Shown here in pieces: positions 50,369 through 60,087 of a stretch of DNA of 64,000 nucleotides. Each line of letters opens with the position of its first letter. The first letter of the stretch is position 1. Origin of the DNA: a virus (taxonomy: Duplodnaviria; Caudoviricetes); the IMG/VR virus record IMGVR_UViG_2799113255_000001, positions 1-64,000 of that record; one strand, written 5' to 3'. The notes below the pieces were generated by a model. The model had not been told where the DNA came from. It did not search any database and worked only from the letters and a program-made list of their open reading frames with translations. Made by a program: the position numbers and the translations under genes.

Positions 50369-50839
50369 TCATGTGGTTTGTGCGCCTAGCACTTGCTTGA
50401 AGTGGTCGGCCATCGTCAGAACCTTGCCGCCTTCAGCGGTAGGCCCTGGGTTTCGTTCGATCTCCATCCGAACGCGACGGCGGTCACCTTCGGTGAGAAG
50501 AAGGGTGGACATCATCTGGTTCAGCACTTGGAGTTTCATCACGCCAAGCGGCTTCTTCTTGCCTTTGTTGTCACCCGATTGGTACACAGCGTTGAGTTCT
50601 TCGTTCAGCGCGTACATCGTCAGCCGAGCGAACTGCCAATCCGAGGGCTCGTAGTAGTTCGATTGAGCCGACTGTCTAATCGACTCGTAGAACTCGACTA
50701 CGAACGGGTGCGGGTTCTCAAGACCTAGATCGGGAACAGGTACCTTGCCGAGCGCTACCACCTTCTCGGTAGGGATCTCCTGCTCGTTCCGGCGAACTCG
50801 CTGATCTTCCCGCTTGGGAATTGGGCCTCTGGTACCGAT
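50369..50839 (-). CDS. Terminase small subunit (L5 gp5-like; start probably ATC 50839)
   Basis: YEPSDW and LLLTEGDRRRVRMEI motifs; frame extends to GTRGPIPKR. Confidence 0.85.
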   Translation of the reverse strand: MGTRGPIPKREDQRVRRNEQEIPTEKVVALGKVPVPDLGLENPHPFVVEFYESIRQSAQSNYYEPSDWQFARLTMYALNEELNAVYQSGDNKGKKKPLGVMKLQVLNQMMSTLLLTEGDRRRVRMEIERNPGPTAEGGKVLTMADHFKQVLGAQTT

Positions 50840-50888
50840 GATAAGCCTCCTGGGCGGTCAGGAAGCTCCTGGCTCCCTACGCAGTTAG

Positions 50889-51401
50889 TTACCTGCGATT
50901 TAGGTCAGACTTTTTGTGGCACGGGACACACATAGGGCGGTAGCGACTTGGGTCGGGCGAGAAGGGTCCGAGGTCGGATTGCTTTTCTCGTGGGCAGTCA
51001 TGCGTGTACGACCACTGTCTGGCTTCAGCCCCACATCTGCATTTGTGCTCAGAAGCCTTGCCCCGAGCCCTGTACACACGCTGGTGAGCTGTCCCGTAGC
51101 AGATGTCGTCCGACTTCCAGATAGGGTTGGCGGAACCAGACATAACGTTGTACTTGACGGTGTGCGGATCTCCGTGCCTACGCATCCGCGTCTCATGCTT
51201 GAGGCAAAGAGTGTTGTTGTGGGACATAGCTTCGGTGTGGCAACCCGCCACACAGCAATCACCTACAGGTGCGTGGTGGCGGGTCTTGTTAAGGGTTGTG
51301 AATTCCCTCCCCCTACGCTTCTGGTAGTAATGCCCTTCGCAGTAGGGGTTTATCCGGCTCCTGGCGGGTTTGTCGCAAAAATCTAGCGTGCAGTTGTCCA
51401 T
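50889..51401 (-). CDS. Free-standing HNH-type endonuclease with Zn fingers
   Basis: C..C..C..H repeats, AHQRV, PMCVPCH. Confidence 0.8.
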   Translation of the reverse strand: MDNCTLDFCDKPARSRINPYCEGHYYQKRRGREFTTLNKTRHHAPVGDCCVAGCHTEAMSHNNTLCLKHETRMRRHGDPHTVKYNVMSGSANPIWKSDDICYGTAHQRVYRARGKASEHKCRCGAEARQWSYTHDCPREKQSDLGPFSPDPSRYRPMCVPCHKKSDLNRR

Positions 51402-51489
51402 GAGTTTCCAATCGTGGTTGGGTTAACACCCCTCACGCGATAGCTAATCGCTAGGGGCTCTACCGATCCACGAATCAGCAGCCGTATAT

Positions 51490-51786
51490 TCATCTACGCC
51501 CTGGGTGGCGTTCTACAGGCCTGAGTCTTTTGGCGCGGAGCTCTCTTTTCCTAGAGTTACCCTCTTGAGAAGACTTCTTCGCATGACACGAAGTACACGA
51601 GGCTTGTAAGTTCTCGTCCGAGTGATCGTCACCACGAACGATGTGGTCGACGTCCGAGGCTGTTACGAGGCAGCCGAAGGACTCGATCTGACAGAGGTGG
51701 TTGTCTCTGTCGAGGATTCGACGTCTGATCTCACCCCAGTTGGGCGGCAGCCGAAGGTTCCGAGACGAACCGAACCAACCAGACAT
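51490..51786 (-). CDS. HNH endonuclease (packaging accessory)
   Basis: RILDRD..CQ..VDHI..DDH..NL..C..CH..K. Confidence 0.9.
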   Translation of the reverse strand: MSGWFGSSRNLRLPPNWGEIRRRILDRDNHLCQIESFGCLVTASDVDHIVRGDDHSDENLQASCTSCHAKKSSQEGNSRKRELRAKRLRPVERHPGRR

Positions 51787-52156
51787 CCGCCCTCCGAACG
51801 TAGTGAGGAGTGAGTGAGGTACGAAGTACCGAACGAACGACGAACGGAGTGAGGACCAGTGTCGACGGAGCCCGAAAGGGGCTCCGGAGACCGACCTCGG
51901 ACGCATCTCATGCGTCCTTCGGACTCCGGGTCCGCGACCCGGCCCGAGGGGGCCGGTCACGGCCCACCAACCGTAATTCCGTTACGTTAAGTAACTACAT
52001 TACGTTGGTATAACGTGAGGCCGAAGGCCGAACCGACGAGAAGAAGCCGGGGACTCGGCTTCGCCTCGTCCTATATAGAGAACAGTTAGTTCTCTTACCC
52101 TCTCATAGTGTAAGTAGGGGCGTTTTTTGGGTGCGAAGCGCTTTGACTGTCTATTG

Positions 52157-52167
52157 TTACCGATTCG
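52157..52167 (-). other. Possible joined cos site (CGAATCGGTAA)
   Basis: Lies between the divergent arms; resembles cluster A overhangs ending CGGTAA. Confidence 0.35.
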
Positions 52168-52419
52168 TTATGATATTCCAGGACTTTACATACGACCCGA
52201 ATGGGTGTTCGACTTCTAAACCCGTACACGATGGCTCCTCCGGATTACCGCCCGATCCTGGGGGCCGGGGGAGGGGTGTCCCCCCTGGGGTGCCGGGTGG
52301 GGGCAGCTGCGCTGCCGACCGTCCCATGCCATGCACGGTGGTGTGCACCGTGCTACCCACCCACGCTTACGTATGTGCATGCGTGTGTGCGTGGTGTCCA
52401 CATTCGTATGCACGCACCC

Positions 52420-52447
52420 TTGACATACGGCCTGTGTGTAGTAGAGT
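52420..52447 (+). promoter_or_regulatory. SigA promoter TTGACA-N16-TAGAGT with two operators
   Basis: -35 inside a stoperator; inverted near-match site at 52448-52461 covers the ATG. Confidence 0.75.
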
Positions 52448-52453
52448 GGTCGT

Positions 52454-52663
52454 ATGTCAAACACATGGAAGCAACTAGCCCTCGCTACACTCACCGTTGG
52501 TGCGTTCTGGGTAGGACTGCCCACTGCAGTAGAAGCAACAGCACACGCAGACCAATTGCCCGTATGCCAATACGAGGACGGCAATACGGACGGGAAACCG
52601 TGCAACTGGACCGACCCTGACACAGGCGCGGTGTACTACGTGACATCGGAGAACTACCGATAA
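52454..52663 (+). CDS. Small secreted protein, probably leaderless
   Basis: Signal peptide ending AHA-D, two Cys; own promoter and terminator. Confidence 0.85.
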   Translation: MSNTWKQLALATLTVGAFWVGLPTAVEATAHADQLPVCQYEDGNTDGKPCNWTDPDTGAVYYVTSENYR

Positions 52664-52682
52664 CCGGCAGCGCCCACCAAGA

Positions 52683-52705
52683 GCCCCCGCTACGGCGGGG
52701 GTTTT
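52683..52705 (+). terminator. Intrinsic terminator
   Basis: CCCCCGC-TACG-GCGGGGG-TTTT. Confidence 0.9.
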
Positions 52706-52720
52706 CTTTGTGCGTGGGAC

Positions 52721-52749
52721 TTGACATACGACCGTCGATGAGTTAGATT
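52721..52749 (+). promoter_or_regulatory. Early promoter TTGACA-N17-TAGATT
   Basis: Canonical spacing; -35 within an operator. Confidence 0.85.
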
Positions 52750-52892
52750 GTGGATACAACTTCAGAGCGGGGCAGAGCTAGGGGAACGCAGTTCCCCGAC
52801 GCCAAGAGCCAAAACCACTTATGTGGTGTTAGCGAGTCAAGTGAACCCATACGCCAGCGGGTGAGCGAGCGCATAGAGCCAAGCAACACGGC

Positions 52893-52921
52893 TTGACATA
52901 CGGCCCACAATCTGATAGTTT
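52893..52921 (+). promoter_or_regulatory. Early promoter TTGACA-N17-TAGTTT (Pleft-like)
   Basis: Canonical spacing; -35 within an operator. Confidence 0.85.
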
Positions 52922-52927
52922 ACAAAC

Positions 52928-53297
52928 ACAACTGAATAGCAAGGACCGGCCCCCTAGTGGGATGTCGCAGCCGTCGCAAACGGTGTGGTCCACAACAACC
53001 CGGTGAGAATCGGACGCTGCTACAGGCGACGCCAAGCGCACGCAGCACTACATACAGACAGCACGAGAGATCGCCAGCGAGCGTGGTTAGTAGATCGCGA
53101 TGACCTGGTGTTCACAAGCGAGTAGCGAGAGCTTGTGATGAAACGGCGTGCTAAAGGTTGGCCTACCTACGGCTGGTCTGGGTCTCAGACCTAAGAGACA
53201 AAACTACAGCCCGCAAGGGCAGTCACGGCAGGTTCGCCCTCTCGATATGACCGTAGAGGTTTGGTTTGACTCCAAACGTGGCACGCAAGACCTTTTT
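52928..53297 (+). ncRNA. Candidate structured ncRNA/long leader
   Basis: No + strand ORF in the track; many stems, GCAA tetraloop, tRNA-like 3' module. Confidence 0.6.
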
Positions 53298-53505
53298 ATT
53301 TACCCACGTACTTGACATACGACCCGAACGAAATTCGGGGCGTCCAAGCGCCGTGATCTTCGATCACAAGCGCACGGCCTAAGGAGACAACGATGTCCAC
53401 CAACCAGGTTCGTACCACCACCTACGCGTACATATACGGACGGGTGTACGTGTCACGCGGTAGTTCGTTCGTGCGGGTACGATAACACGATTAGGAGTCG
53501 TAGAA

Positions 53506-53808
53506 ATGACTGAGGTGTGGGAACGCAGGGCCACCTACGGTGACGGATCTTTAGTAAAGGTGGGTGACAACATCCGTTACCACCAGGCCCCAGGTGGACT
53601 AATGTCGCCGCCCGTCAAGCAGCTGCCGGATGGATCTAGCACGGTGTGGTGCCACGGAACCGCTGTGTTAATGCCTCGGTATGGAACGCAAGAGCGGAGA
53701 GCGCAAGCTACAGCTTTAGGCGTCGACGTTGATGAGGTCGTGTTGAAGTGCGATACCTGCGCGGGTCGTTACCACTTTATCTTCGGCCACGTTATCGAGA
53801 AACGATAA
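53506..53808 (+). CDS. Hypothetical early protein
   Basis: AGGAG RBS. Confidence 0.75.
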   Translation: MTEVWERRATYGDGSLVKVGDNIRYHQAPGGLMSPPVKQLPDGSSTVWCHGTAVLMPRYGTQERRAQATALGVDVDEVVLKCDTCAGRYHFIFGHVIEKR

Positions 53809-53937
53809 AAGGTATGAGCACGTTGATACACCTAGTGGTTGCCGGTGTGTTCGGTGTTGCAGCCGTCGCTGTCGCCACTAGAGGTTTGACGAGATACGAA
53901 CGCAGACACCCAACTACACGGGACTAGGAGGCACATC

Positions 53938-54060
53938 ATGACTGAAAAGGATCTAATCGCCCTCATCGAAGCTGAGGGAGAAGCCATCGAAGCCAACCCG
54001 GACGCCCCAATAACCGACGAAACCAAAGTCACTCGTGGACGCCCAGTCAAGGGCGAGTAA
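53938..54060 (+). CDS. 40-aa acidic peptide, absent from the ORF track
   Basis: AGGAGG RBS; MTEKDLIALIEAEGEAIEANPDAPITDETKVTRGRPVKGE. Confidence 0.7.
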   Translation: MTEKDLIALIEAEGEAIEANPDAPITDETKVTRGRPVKGE

Positions 54061-55122
54061 GGGGGAAAGACATGAGCGACGTAACGGACCGTATAGACAA
54101 GATAGACCAAATGCTGTTCGACGCTGGCGTAATGGTGCTTTCGGCGAAGACTGGGGCGCAGCGTAAGGCAGCTGACCGCAAGATCATGGACGCCCGTGTA
54201 GAGCTGATGAGACTGCGATCGAGGTTCGGATGAGCGACTCCGCAAAACCACCAAGCGACAAAGAAATTGACGACGAATTAATGCTCGCCATCTACGGGTA
54301 TGACCCCAACGATAATTACCCCGAGTGGGGTAACGAATCGATGCGTAAGGCATACCTGGCGGGTTGGGAGGACGGTCAACGTGTCTGATCCTTCAATCGA
54401 AGTCGCTAAGAAATGCTGGACGGGGTTCGCCGACGGGATGTTCACGCCGAACGATCCCGAATTCCTGGCACTACTCACCGCTACCCGTGAGATGGCTAAG
54501 ACGGTACAGGAACTACACAAACCTTTCAAGGTCTACCCGGACAACGAGATTGAACTGAGAAGGCGCCGATTAGGTCGGTCGCAACTAGCCCATCTACGTA
54601 CCGGAAAGGTGGAACTACCCCCGCAGATCAGGTGTGGCCACTGCTACGACGAAGACGGCGATCCTGTTGCGTGGCCCTGTGAGACCGCTAAACGGGTCTA
54701 CCCAAGTGAGGAACTGAATAAATGATCAGTGAATACAGAAGCGGATATCTGGCGCGGTCCGGTTCAACCTGGTATTGGGTCGGCAGTCACGTAACGAACT
54801 GTCGGTGCACTTGCACTTGGACACACGAGTTTCGAGACCCAAGATGCGTGGTGACCTGGTGATAGCAGCGGATGCATTGTTGAACCATCAATTTCGGCCC
54901 GTAAATCACGCCAGTATCGGTTCCGAGGACCACTGTGCCTGTGGGTTTCGGCCACGAGGTTGGGCGGAGTGGGTCTGGCACGTAGGGGAACTAGGACTAT
55001 GAGCGACAAAGCAATTGCGGACGTAATAGAGCGGCTAGAGGCGGATGAGAAACGCAGCACTGAACAGATCAACGAGTGCTACCAATTTGCCCACCGGTAC
55101 CCGAATGTTCCCGCGAACTGGG

Positions 55123-55218
55123 AAGCAGTGGCGGAATGTCGCGGCGAGCTGTTCGGTATCCGTAGATCCCTCTCCTATCTGCGCGAGGTGCAGTCATGAC
55201 CGATCCAGCAGTAGAGGC
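55123..55218 (+). repeat. 96-bp exact direct repeat, copy 2
   Basis: Identical to 1-96. Confidence 0.97.
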
Positions 55219-55450
55219 GGCGCGACGGGCGTGGCAAGCCGAGGGCTGGGGTGATGGGCCTTTGGCGATGAGCGAAGGCCACCTTGCGGAAGCCGCTGCC
55301 CGTGAGGCTTTGAGGCCGATACGGGAGAAGTGGGAAGAACTTCTAGGCCCATACGCCACGCGACTTGTGGACCCCGAAGCCACCGGGGCTATCAAGGTCT
55401 TAGAAGCCTTCGCCCCCTTGATTTTCACAACAGAGGAGTTGAACCAATGA
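55196..55450 (+). CDS. Hypothetical protein (MTDPAVEAA family)
   Basis: ATGA overlap; a truncated copy of its start lies at 74-103. Confidence 0.75.
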   Translation: MTDPAVEAARRAWQAEGWGDGPLAMSEGHLAEAAAREALRPIREKWEELLGPYATRLVDPEATGAIKVLEAFAPLIFTTEELNQ

Positions 55451-55776
55451 CAACTACACACGTCTATCCGCCACTCACCCCGGAAGATTTCGAAACACAG
55501 TACGACGAGAAGAACCGATACATGTTCACCGAGGATGAGAACGGTGACATGTACTACGCCTACGGGCATGACCGGGATAGTGAATTCGTAAGGCAGCTAA
55601 GGGAATACTGCATTGAAATCTACAGAAGCAGTCCCGATGACGCTGAGTTCAGCGAAGGGGATATAACGCATCTGTGGGCGGTAACCGTTGAGCCCGCCCC
55701 AGAGTGGCGATTCACCTGGCGGGACGTAACCGAGAGCACACCTGGTGCCTTCCCCATCTCTGTCGTGACCCTGTGA
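55447..55776 (+). CDS. Hypothetical protein
   Basis: GAGGAG RBS, ATGA overlap. Confidence 0.7.
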   Translation: MTTTHVYPPLTPEDFETQYDEKNRYMFTEDENGDMYYAYGHDRDSEFVRQLREYCIEIYRSSPDDAEFSEGDITHLWAVTVEPAPEWRFTWRDVTESTPGAFPISVVTL

Positions 55777-55792
55777 CAGAGGAGCTAGAGCG

Positions 55793-56134
55793 ATGAGTGA
55801 CGAACCTTCGGACGCGCAGAAGCTCATATCGGAAGTGGTTCGCAAGCACCGACTCTTGCCGGGAACCGTGACCGGCCCGCAGTACTGCTCATGCGTATGG
55901 GGTGGCCTCGATTACCCGGCGCACGTTGCCGCCGAGGTGGATAAAGCCCTTGGAGGACTCAACCGGACGTGGGCTGCTGTATTTCCAGACGGCTCCTACA
56001 TGACCCCGTACCACGAAGTGTGGAACTTCCACCCCAACAAGAGCGCTCGCGAACTGGCCGAAGGCGATGTAGCGGAATATGAAGACACCACCCTTAAGGC
56101 TCAATGGGTGTCTGGCTGGACGGTGACCGAATGA
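55793..56134 (+). CDS. Hypothetical protein
   Basis: RBS; its 3' end is duplicated at 130-152. Confidence 0.7.
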   Translation: MSDEPSDAQKLISEVVRKHRLLPGTVTGPQYCSCVWGGLDYPAHVAAEVDKALGGLNRTWAAVFPDGSYMTPYHEVWNFHPNKSARELAEGDVAEYEDTTLKAQWVSGWTVTE

Positions 56135-56478
56135 ATGAGCTTATAGACCGTGCTATCGAAGAGGTGTCGAAGGTTCGGTTGGGCATCAAGTCCCGAGATC
56201 GCTTCTGGACTAGCGACTATCGAGAAGTCTTTCCCCAACTCGCGGGGGTTGATTGGCAGCGAGAGGCGTGGCGCCTTTGGTGGGTCTCATGACTGACTAC
56301 CAAGACACGGGTAGCCGGCGGAAACCTACGGCATACACCGAAACGGGGGCCGCTGAGCGGGTGTGCCCGGACTGTAGTGCCCCAGAAGGACATCCCTGTA
56401 GATGGATAGCCATGGATGGGCAGGGGGATTTAGGGAAACCAAGGCATTGGCCGCATGAGACACGTTGGAGGAAATGAA

Positions 56479-56796
56479 ATGCGTGACGATATTCACCCTG
56501 GACCGCGCATCATCTCCGGTAAAGCGGAACTACCCTGCCTGAAACCGGAGCCCTGGATGATCCAGGCGTCCTGCGCCACCGCAGACCCGGACGCGTTTTT
56601 CCCCCATAAGCGTGGCGACGGTGATAGCGAGTCGATCACCGTGCAGTACCAATACGCCAAGAAGATATGCCGCTCATGCCCAGTCAGGGTTGAGTGTTTG
56701 ACCTACGCGATCGTCAACGACGAACGCGACGGGATCTACGGCGGCTTAGGCCCTCGTGAGCGCGCGAAGATCATGCGTAACAGGGAGGCAAGCTGA
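56479..56796 (+). CDS. whiB: WhiB-family regulator 1
   Basis: C..DPDAFF..AKKICRSCPVRVEC..GIYGG. Confidence 0.93.
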   Translation: MRDDIHPGPRIISGKAELPCLKPEPWMIQASCATADPDAFFPHKRGDGDSESITVQYQYAKKICRSCPVRVECLTYAIVNDERDGIYGGLGPRERAKIMRNREAS

Positions 56797-57110
56797 TGCC
56801 GCACTCAAGCCCTACCGACTGGATAGCCGGTGGAAGTGTCGCCGCAGACATCGTTGGATGCCTCACCGGTCTGGTCGCGGACCTGTCCTGGCAGGATAAA
56901 GCGGCGTGCCGTGGACTCCCTACGGAGTGGTGGTTCCCGGACCAAGGCGGCAGCCGGGAATGTAAGCGGGCCAAGGAAATCTGCCACGGCTGCCCAGTCA
57001 AACTCCAATGCCTCCAATTCGCGATAGAGGTACACGACCAGCACGGAATTTACGGGGAGCTGTCATTGAAGGACAGGCGCAGGTGGAACCAGGAAAGGAA
57101 AGCGGGCTAG
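56796..57110 (+). CDS. whiB: WhiB-family regulator 2
   Basis: AAC..AKEICHGCPVKLQC..GIYGE. Confidence 0.92.
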   Translation: MPHSSPTDWIAGGSVAADIVGCLTGLVADLSWQDKAACRGLPTEWWFPDQGGSRECKRAKEICHGCPVKLQCLQFAIEVHDQHGIYGELSLKDRRRWNQERKAG

Positions 57111-57148
57111 ACACCGCGAATGTCAGTGTATCGGAGGATAATTGAGGT

Positions 57149-57580
57149 ATGGGAATGACTGATTTACAGAACGTCCACGAGCGCATTGCGGGCAAGCGTA
57201 TAGCCTCCGTCGAGGCCGACGGTACGAGGCTGGTGCTAAACGATGGCACTGTGCTGCATCTCTACATGTCAGACAGTGACTGTTGTGCTTCCGCCGATGG
57301 GAAGTGGGTAATCCAGCCGGACGCGCTGGAGGCGATTATTACCGGCGTTCAGGTTACACCAGACGCGGATCGGAGCGGTTATGACGGTGACGGAAATACC
57401 AACTACGCCACCATCTCAATTCTGCACAACCAGAACCCCATTGCCCTTGCAGACTGCTATGCCAATGACGGTAATGGGGGCTACTACTTCTCCGTGCTAT
57501 CCCTCCGTGTTGTCATGCCCGGTGACGAAGATGACGTCAAGGTGGAAGTCCTGAACTCTGACTCCTCGTCCAGCGATTGA
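57149..57580 (+). CDS. Conserved phage protein
   Basis: SDCCA and GNGGYY motifs; own promoter. Confidence 0.75.
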   Translation: MGMTDLQNVHERIAGKRIASVEADGTRLVLNDGTVLHLYMSDSDCCASADGKWVIQPDALEAIITGVQVTPDADRSGYDGDGNTNYATISILHNQNPIALADCYANDGNGGYYFSVLSLRVVMPGDEDDVKVEVLNSDSSSSD

Positions 57581-57850
57581 GGAGGTAGTGAGAGTTGAGT
57601 GCTGAACCGCTGCAATGGGACCACAACCCAGATATTCGCGTCCCAAAGAATGGGTGCCGCGCCGAAGTTGACGGCGGTGCTTACATTCTGTTCAAGTACG
57701 GCGCTAGTTCGTGGCAGGTGCTTTTCAGCACTGGGTGGCATATACCCGATGAGGTCTATCTCGGCGACAGCGAATCAGACGCACTAGCCGCAGCAGAAGC
57801 TCACCATATCGCCATTAGGCAGAGAACGATCTACCGTCGAACGGGCAGGA

Positions 57851-58225
57851 GTGACGATGCCGCAGCGGATTCAGCGGAAGCGCACTAGGGGTTGGCGAAT
57901 GCCCGAGGGTGCTATCTACGTCGGGCGACCGAGCCAATGGGGCAACCCGTTTCGACCTGTTCTCGTCGGTGGCGAGTGGCTCATAGAGGATGACAACGGC
58001 GTCCAGTACGACGGGTTCGGGAGCAAGGTAAGCGCTATCGGTCGGTGCGTTGCGCTCTACCGGTCGCTCGATATGACGTTCATGACAGACGCAGACCTAG
58101 ACGAGTTCGTCGCGCCGCTACGGGGCCACGATCTCGCCTGCTGGTGCTCTCTCGATTCCCCTTGTCATGCAGACGTGCTGCTTGAACTCGCTAACGATCC
58201 ACCGTCGAACGGAGAAGCTTTGTGA
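57851..58225 (+). CDS. DUF4326-like protein
   Basis: YVGRPSQWGNPF..LRGHDLACWC..CHADVL. Confidence 0.88.
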   Translation: MTMPQRIQRKRTRGWRMPEGAIYVGRPSQWGNPFRPVLVGGEWLIEDDNGVQYDGFGSKVSAIGRCVALYRSLDMTFMTDADLDEFVAPLRGHDLACWCSLDSPCHADVLLELANDPPSNGEAL

Positions 58226-58364
58226 GCGAACTACGTAGAGCACTGTTGGTAGCCAAAGCGGAAGCGGCACTTATCCCCACCGGCCGACGGGCTGAGCTCG
58301 ACCGCAGATTCACTGCGGCCCAGAAGGCGGCACAGGCTCACGCCACGTACAGGAGGTCCGCTTA

Positions 58365-59042
58365 GTGTCCGTCTCCGACAGCTTCTTTCTCGATAAAGGC
58401 TCCCAACACAAGCTCCGTGAAGAGTTGGCCAGCATCCCCCGCATGATCGGGGAGCTGTCCGTCACCCTCACCCGCCAGGCTCGCATCCAGAGGCCAGGGT
58501 TGAGTATGTCCCGAAGGCCCAAGCCTGAGTCTCAGGTCCCCATCCATATCGGGGCACACAACGCCGCTGACGTACTGCACAACTGCCTAGGTACGTGGGT
58601 GAGGCTGGTATGCGAACAACGAGCGATCGTGTGGGATAAGGGCAACGACATCATCACGCTGGCCAAGTGGCTGCGAGTCAACATGATCGCCCTAGCCCTC
58701 ACTGAAGGTTCAGAAGAAGCGTACGAGGACATCAAAGCCGCTATCGATGACTGCTGGCGACAGATAGACATCCCCGCCGACGATGACATTGTGATCGACC
58801 GAGGACGAGTACATGAAGCGAACAAACACATCGTCACCGCCGACACCATCGAACCTATCGCCCGCCGGATAGGGGAGATGGGAAAGAAGCTGAATGCGCA
58901 GCGGGTGCACTCGCTTACCCGTGGTGGGCATCTGCGTCCAGTCTCTAGCGACCCGGACACGGGTAAGAAGTTCTACCGACTGGGGGATGTGCTGCACGCG
59001 CACAACAACTGCGAGAAACGAGACCGAAAGAAGGGCGCATGA
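58365..59042 (+). CDS. Conserved prophage protein with C-terminal HTH-like region
   Basis: LGTWVRLVCE and FYRLGDVL motifs. Confidence 0.75.
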   Translation: MSVSDSFFLDKGSQHKLREELASIPRMIGELSVTLTRQARIQRPGLSMSRRPKPESQVPIHIGAHNAADVLHNCLGTWVRLVCEQRAIVWDKGNDIITLAKWLRVNMIALALTEGSEEAYEDIKAAIDDCWRQIDIPADDDIVIDRGRVHEANKHIVTADTIEPIARRIGEMGKKLNAQRVHSLTRGGHLRPVSSDPDTGKKFYRLGDVLHAHNNCEKRDRKKGA

Positions 59043-60087
59043 GCGACGGACGCGGCATGTACATGAAGTACCGAGTTGAGCGGATGGACGGCAAGGATAT
59101 GGGGCCATGTTTCATCCTTGAATACAAGAAGGATCGCCACGCGCGGGTGGCACTTGCGGCGTATGCCGACGCGTGCGCCGAGGACAATCCTGGACTAGCC
59201 CAAGACCTGCGGTGGACGCTAGAGGAGCTGGAGCGGTGAGGGTCGGGACCTGTCCGAAGTGTAAGCACTTGGAAGGTCGACACATCCAGTCCACGTACTT
59301 CGATGAAGAGACGTGGACTGGCCGATTCGTGTACGCCAGGTGCGATTGTGGCTGCACCCACTACGTCGTAGTGGAGCCGGTCTAGTGTCGGCCCTCGACT
59401 GTGAGGGGAGTGACCTAGATCCTGGTTGGTGCTGCACCCATAGATGCGATTTCAGGGACCCTAGGCATCCGCACTGCTGGCAGAACTGTGACGAAGAAGA
59501 TTGCGCCGCCCCTGAGTGTGATTGGGTTGAGTAGTTCACGCTGGTCGCACATACTGCGCAGGCCAAGGTATCTCACGCATCTTCCACGCCTGCGTAGGGT
59601 TGGCCGCAGTGACCCAAACGATAGGCATATCGCGTCCGGGAACTACCCGAGTGGTAGTTAGACACTCAACTTCACCACCGGTTGCGGTGGTTACGTAGAC
59701 ACGCATTCTAGCTTCAATACCCATACGTCTAGCGTCGGTCTTGCCAAAAGATCTGTAAAGAAAAATCTATGCGACACCGCGTTATGGCAGTGCCTTATGG
59801 CAAGCCGCAAAGGGAGTGAAACTGATGAACGTATGGATAGTCTCTGCGCATCGGTCCTGGGGCGACAGGATTGAATACCACGGACACAGGGGGGATACCC
59901 ACCGCTGGATGGGCTGGACGCGACCCATACCCAAGGTGGGGGAAGTTATTGAAACTGAATTGAAGTCCGGACGGGCGGCCCGCTTTCGGATAGTTGAGGT
60001 TGAGCGCGGGTACGGCACGGATGATATGTGGTGGGCCACAACCTCGGACGCGCCCATTTATGGAGCGACGACGTAACTGCCTCCACC

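Larger units (their letters stand above)
1..55218. mobile_element. Cluster A (L5/Bxb1)-like temperate mycobacteriophage genome, circularly permuted, ~55.1 kb
   Basis: Full virion, lysis, integration, replication and immunity gene sets in L5-like order; dispersed stoperators; bounded by a direct repeat with 55,122-bp offset. Confidence 0.92.

Noticed and set aside
52829-53041. 70-aa - strand ORF in the control region
   Set aside because: No clear RBS, runs against two strong promoters and has no recognisable motif
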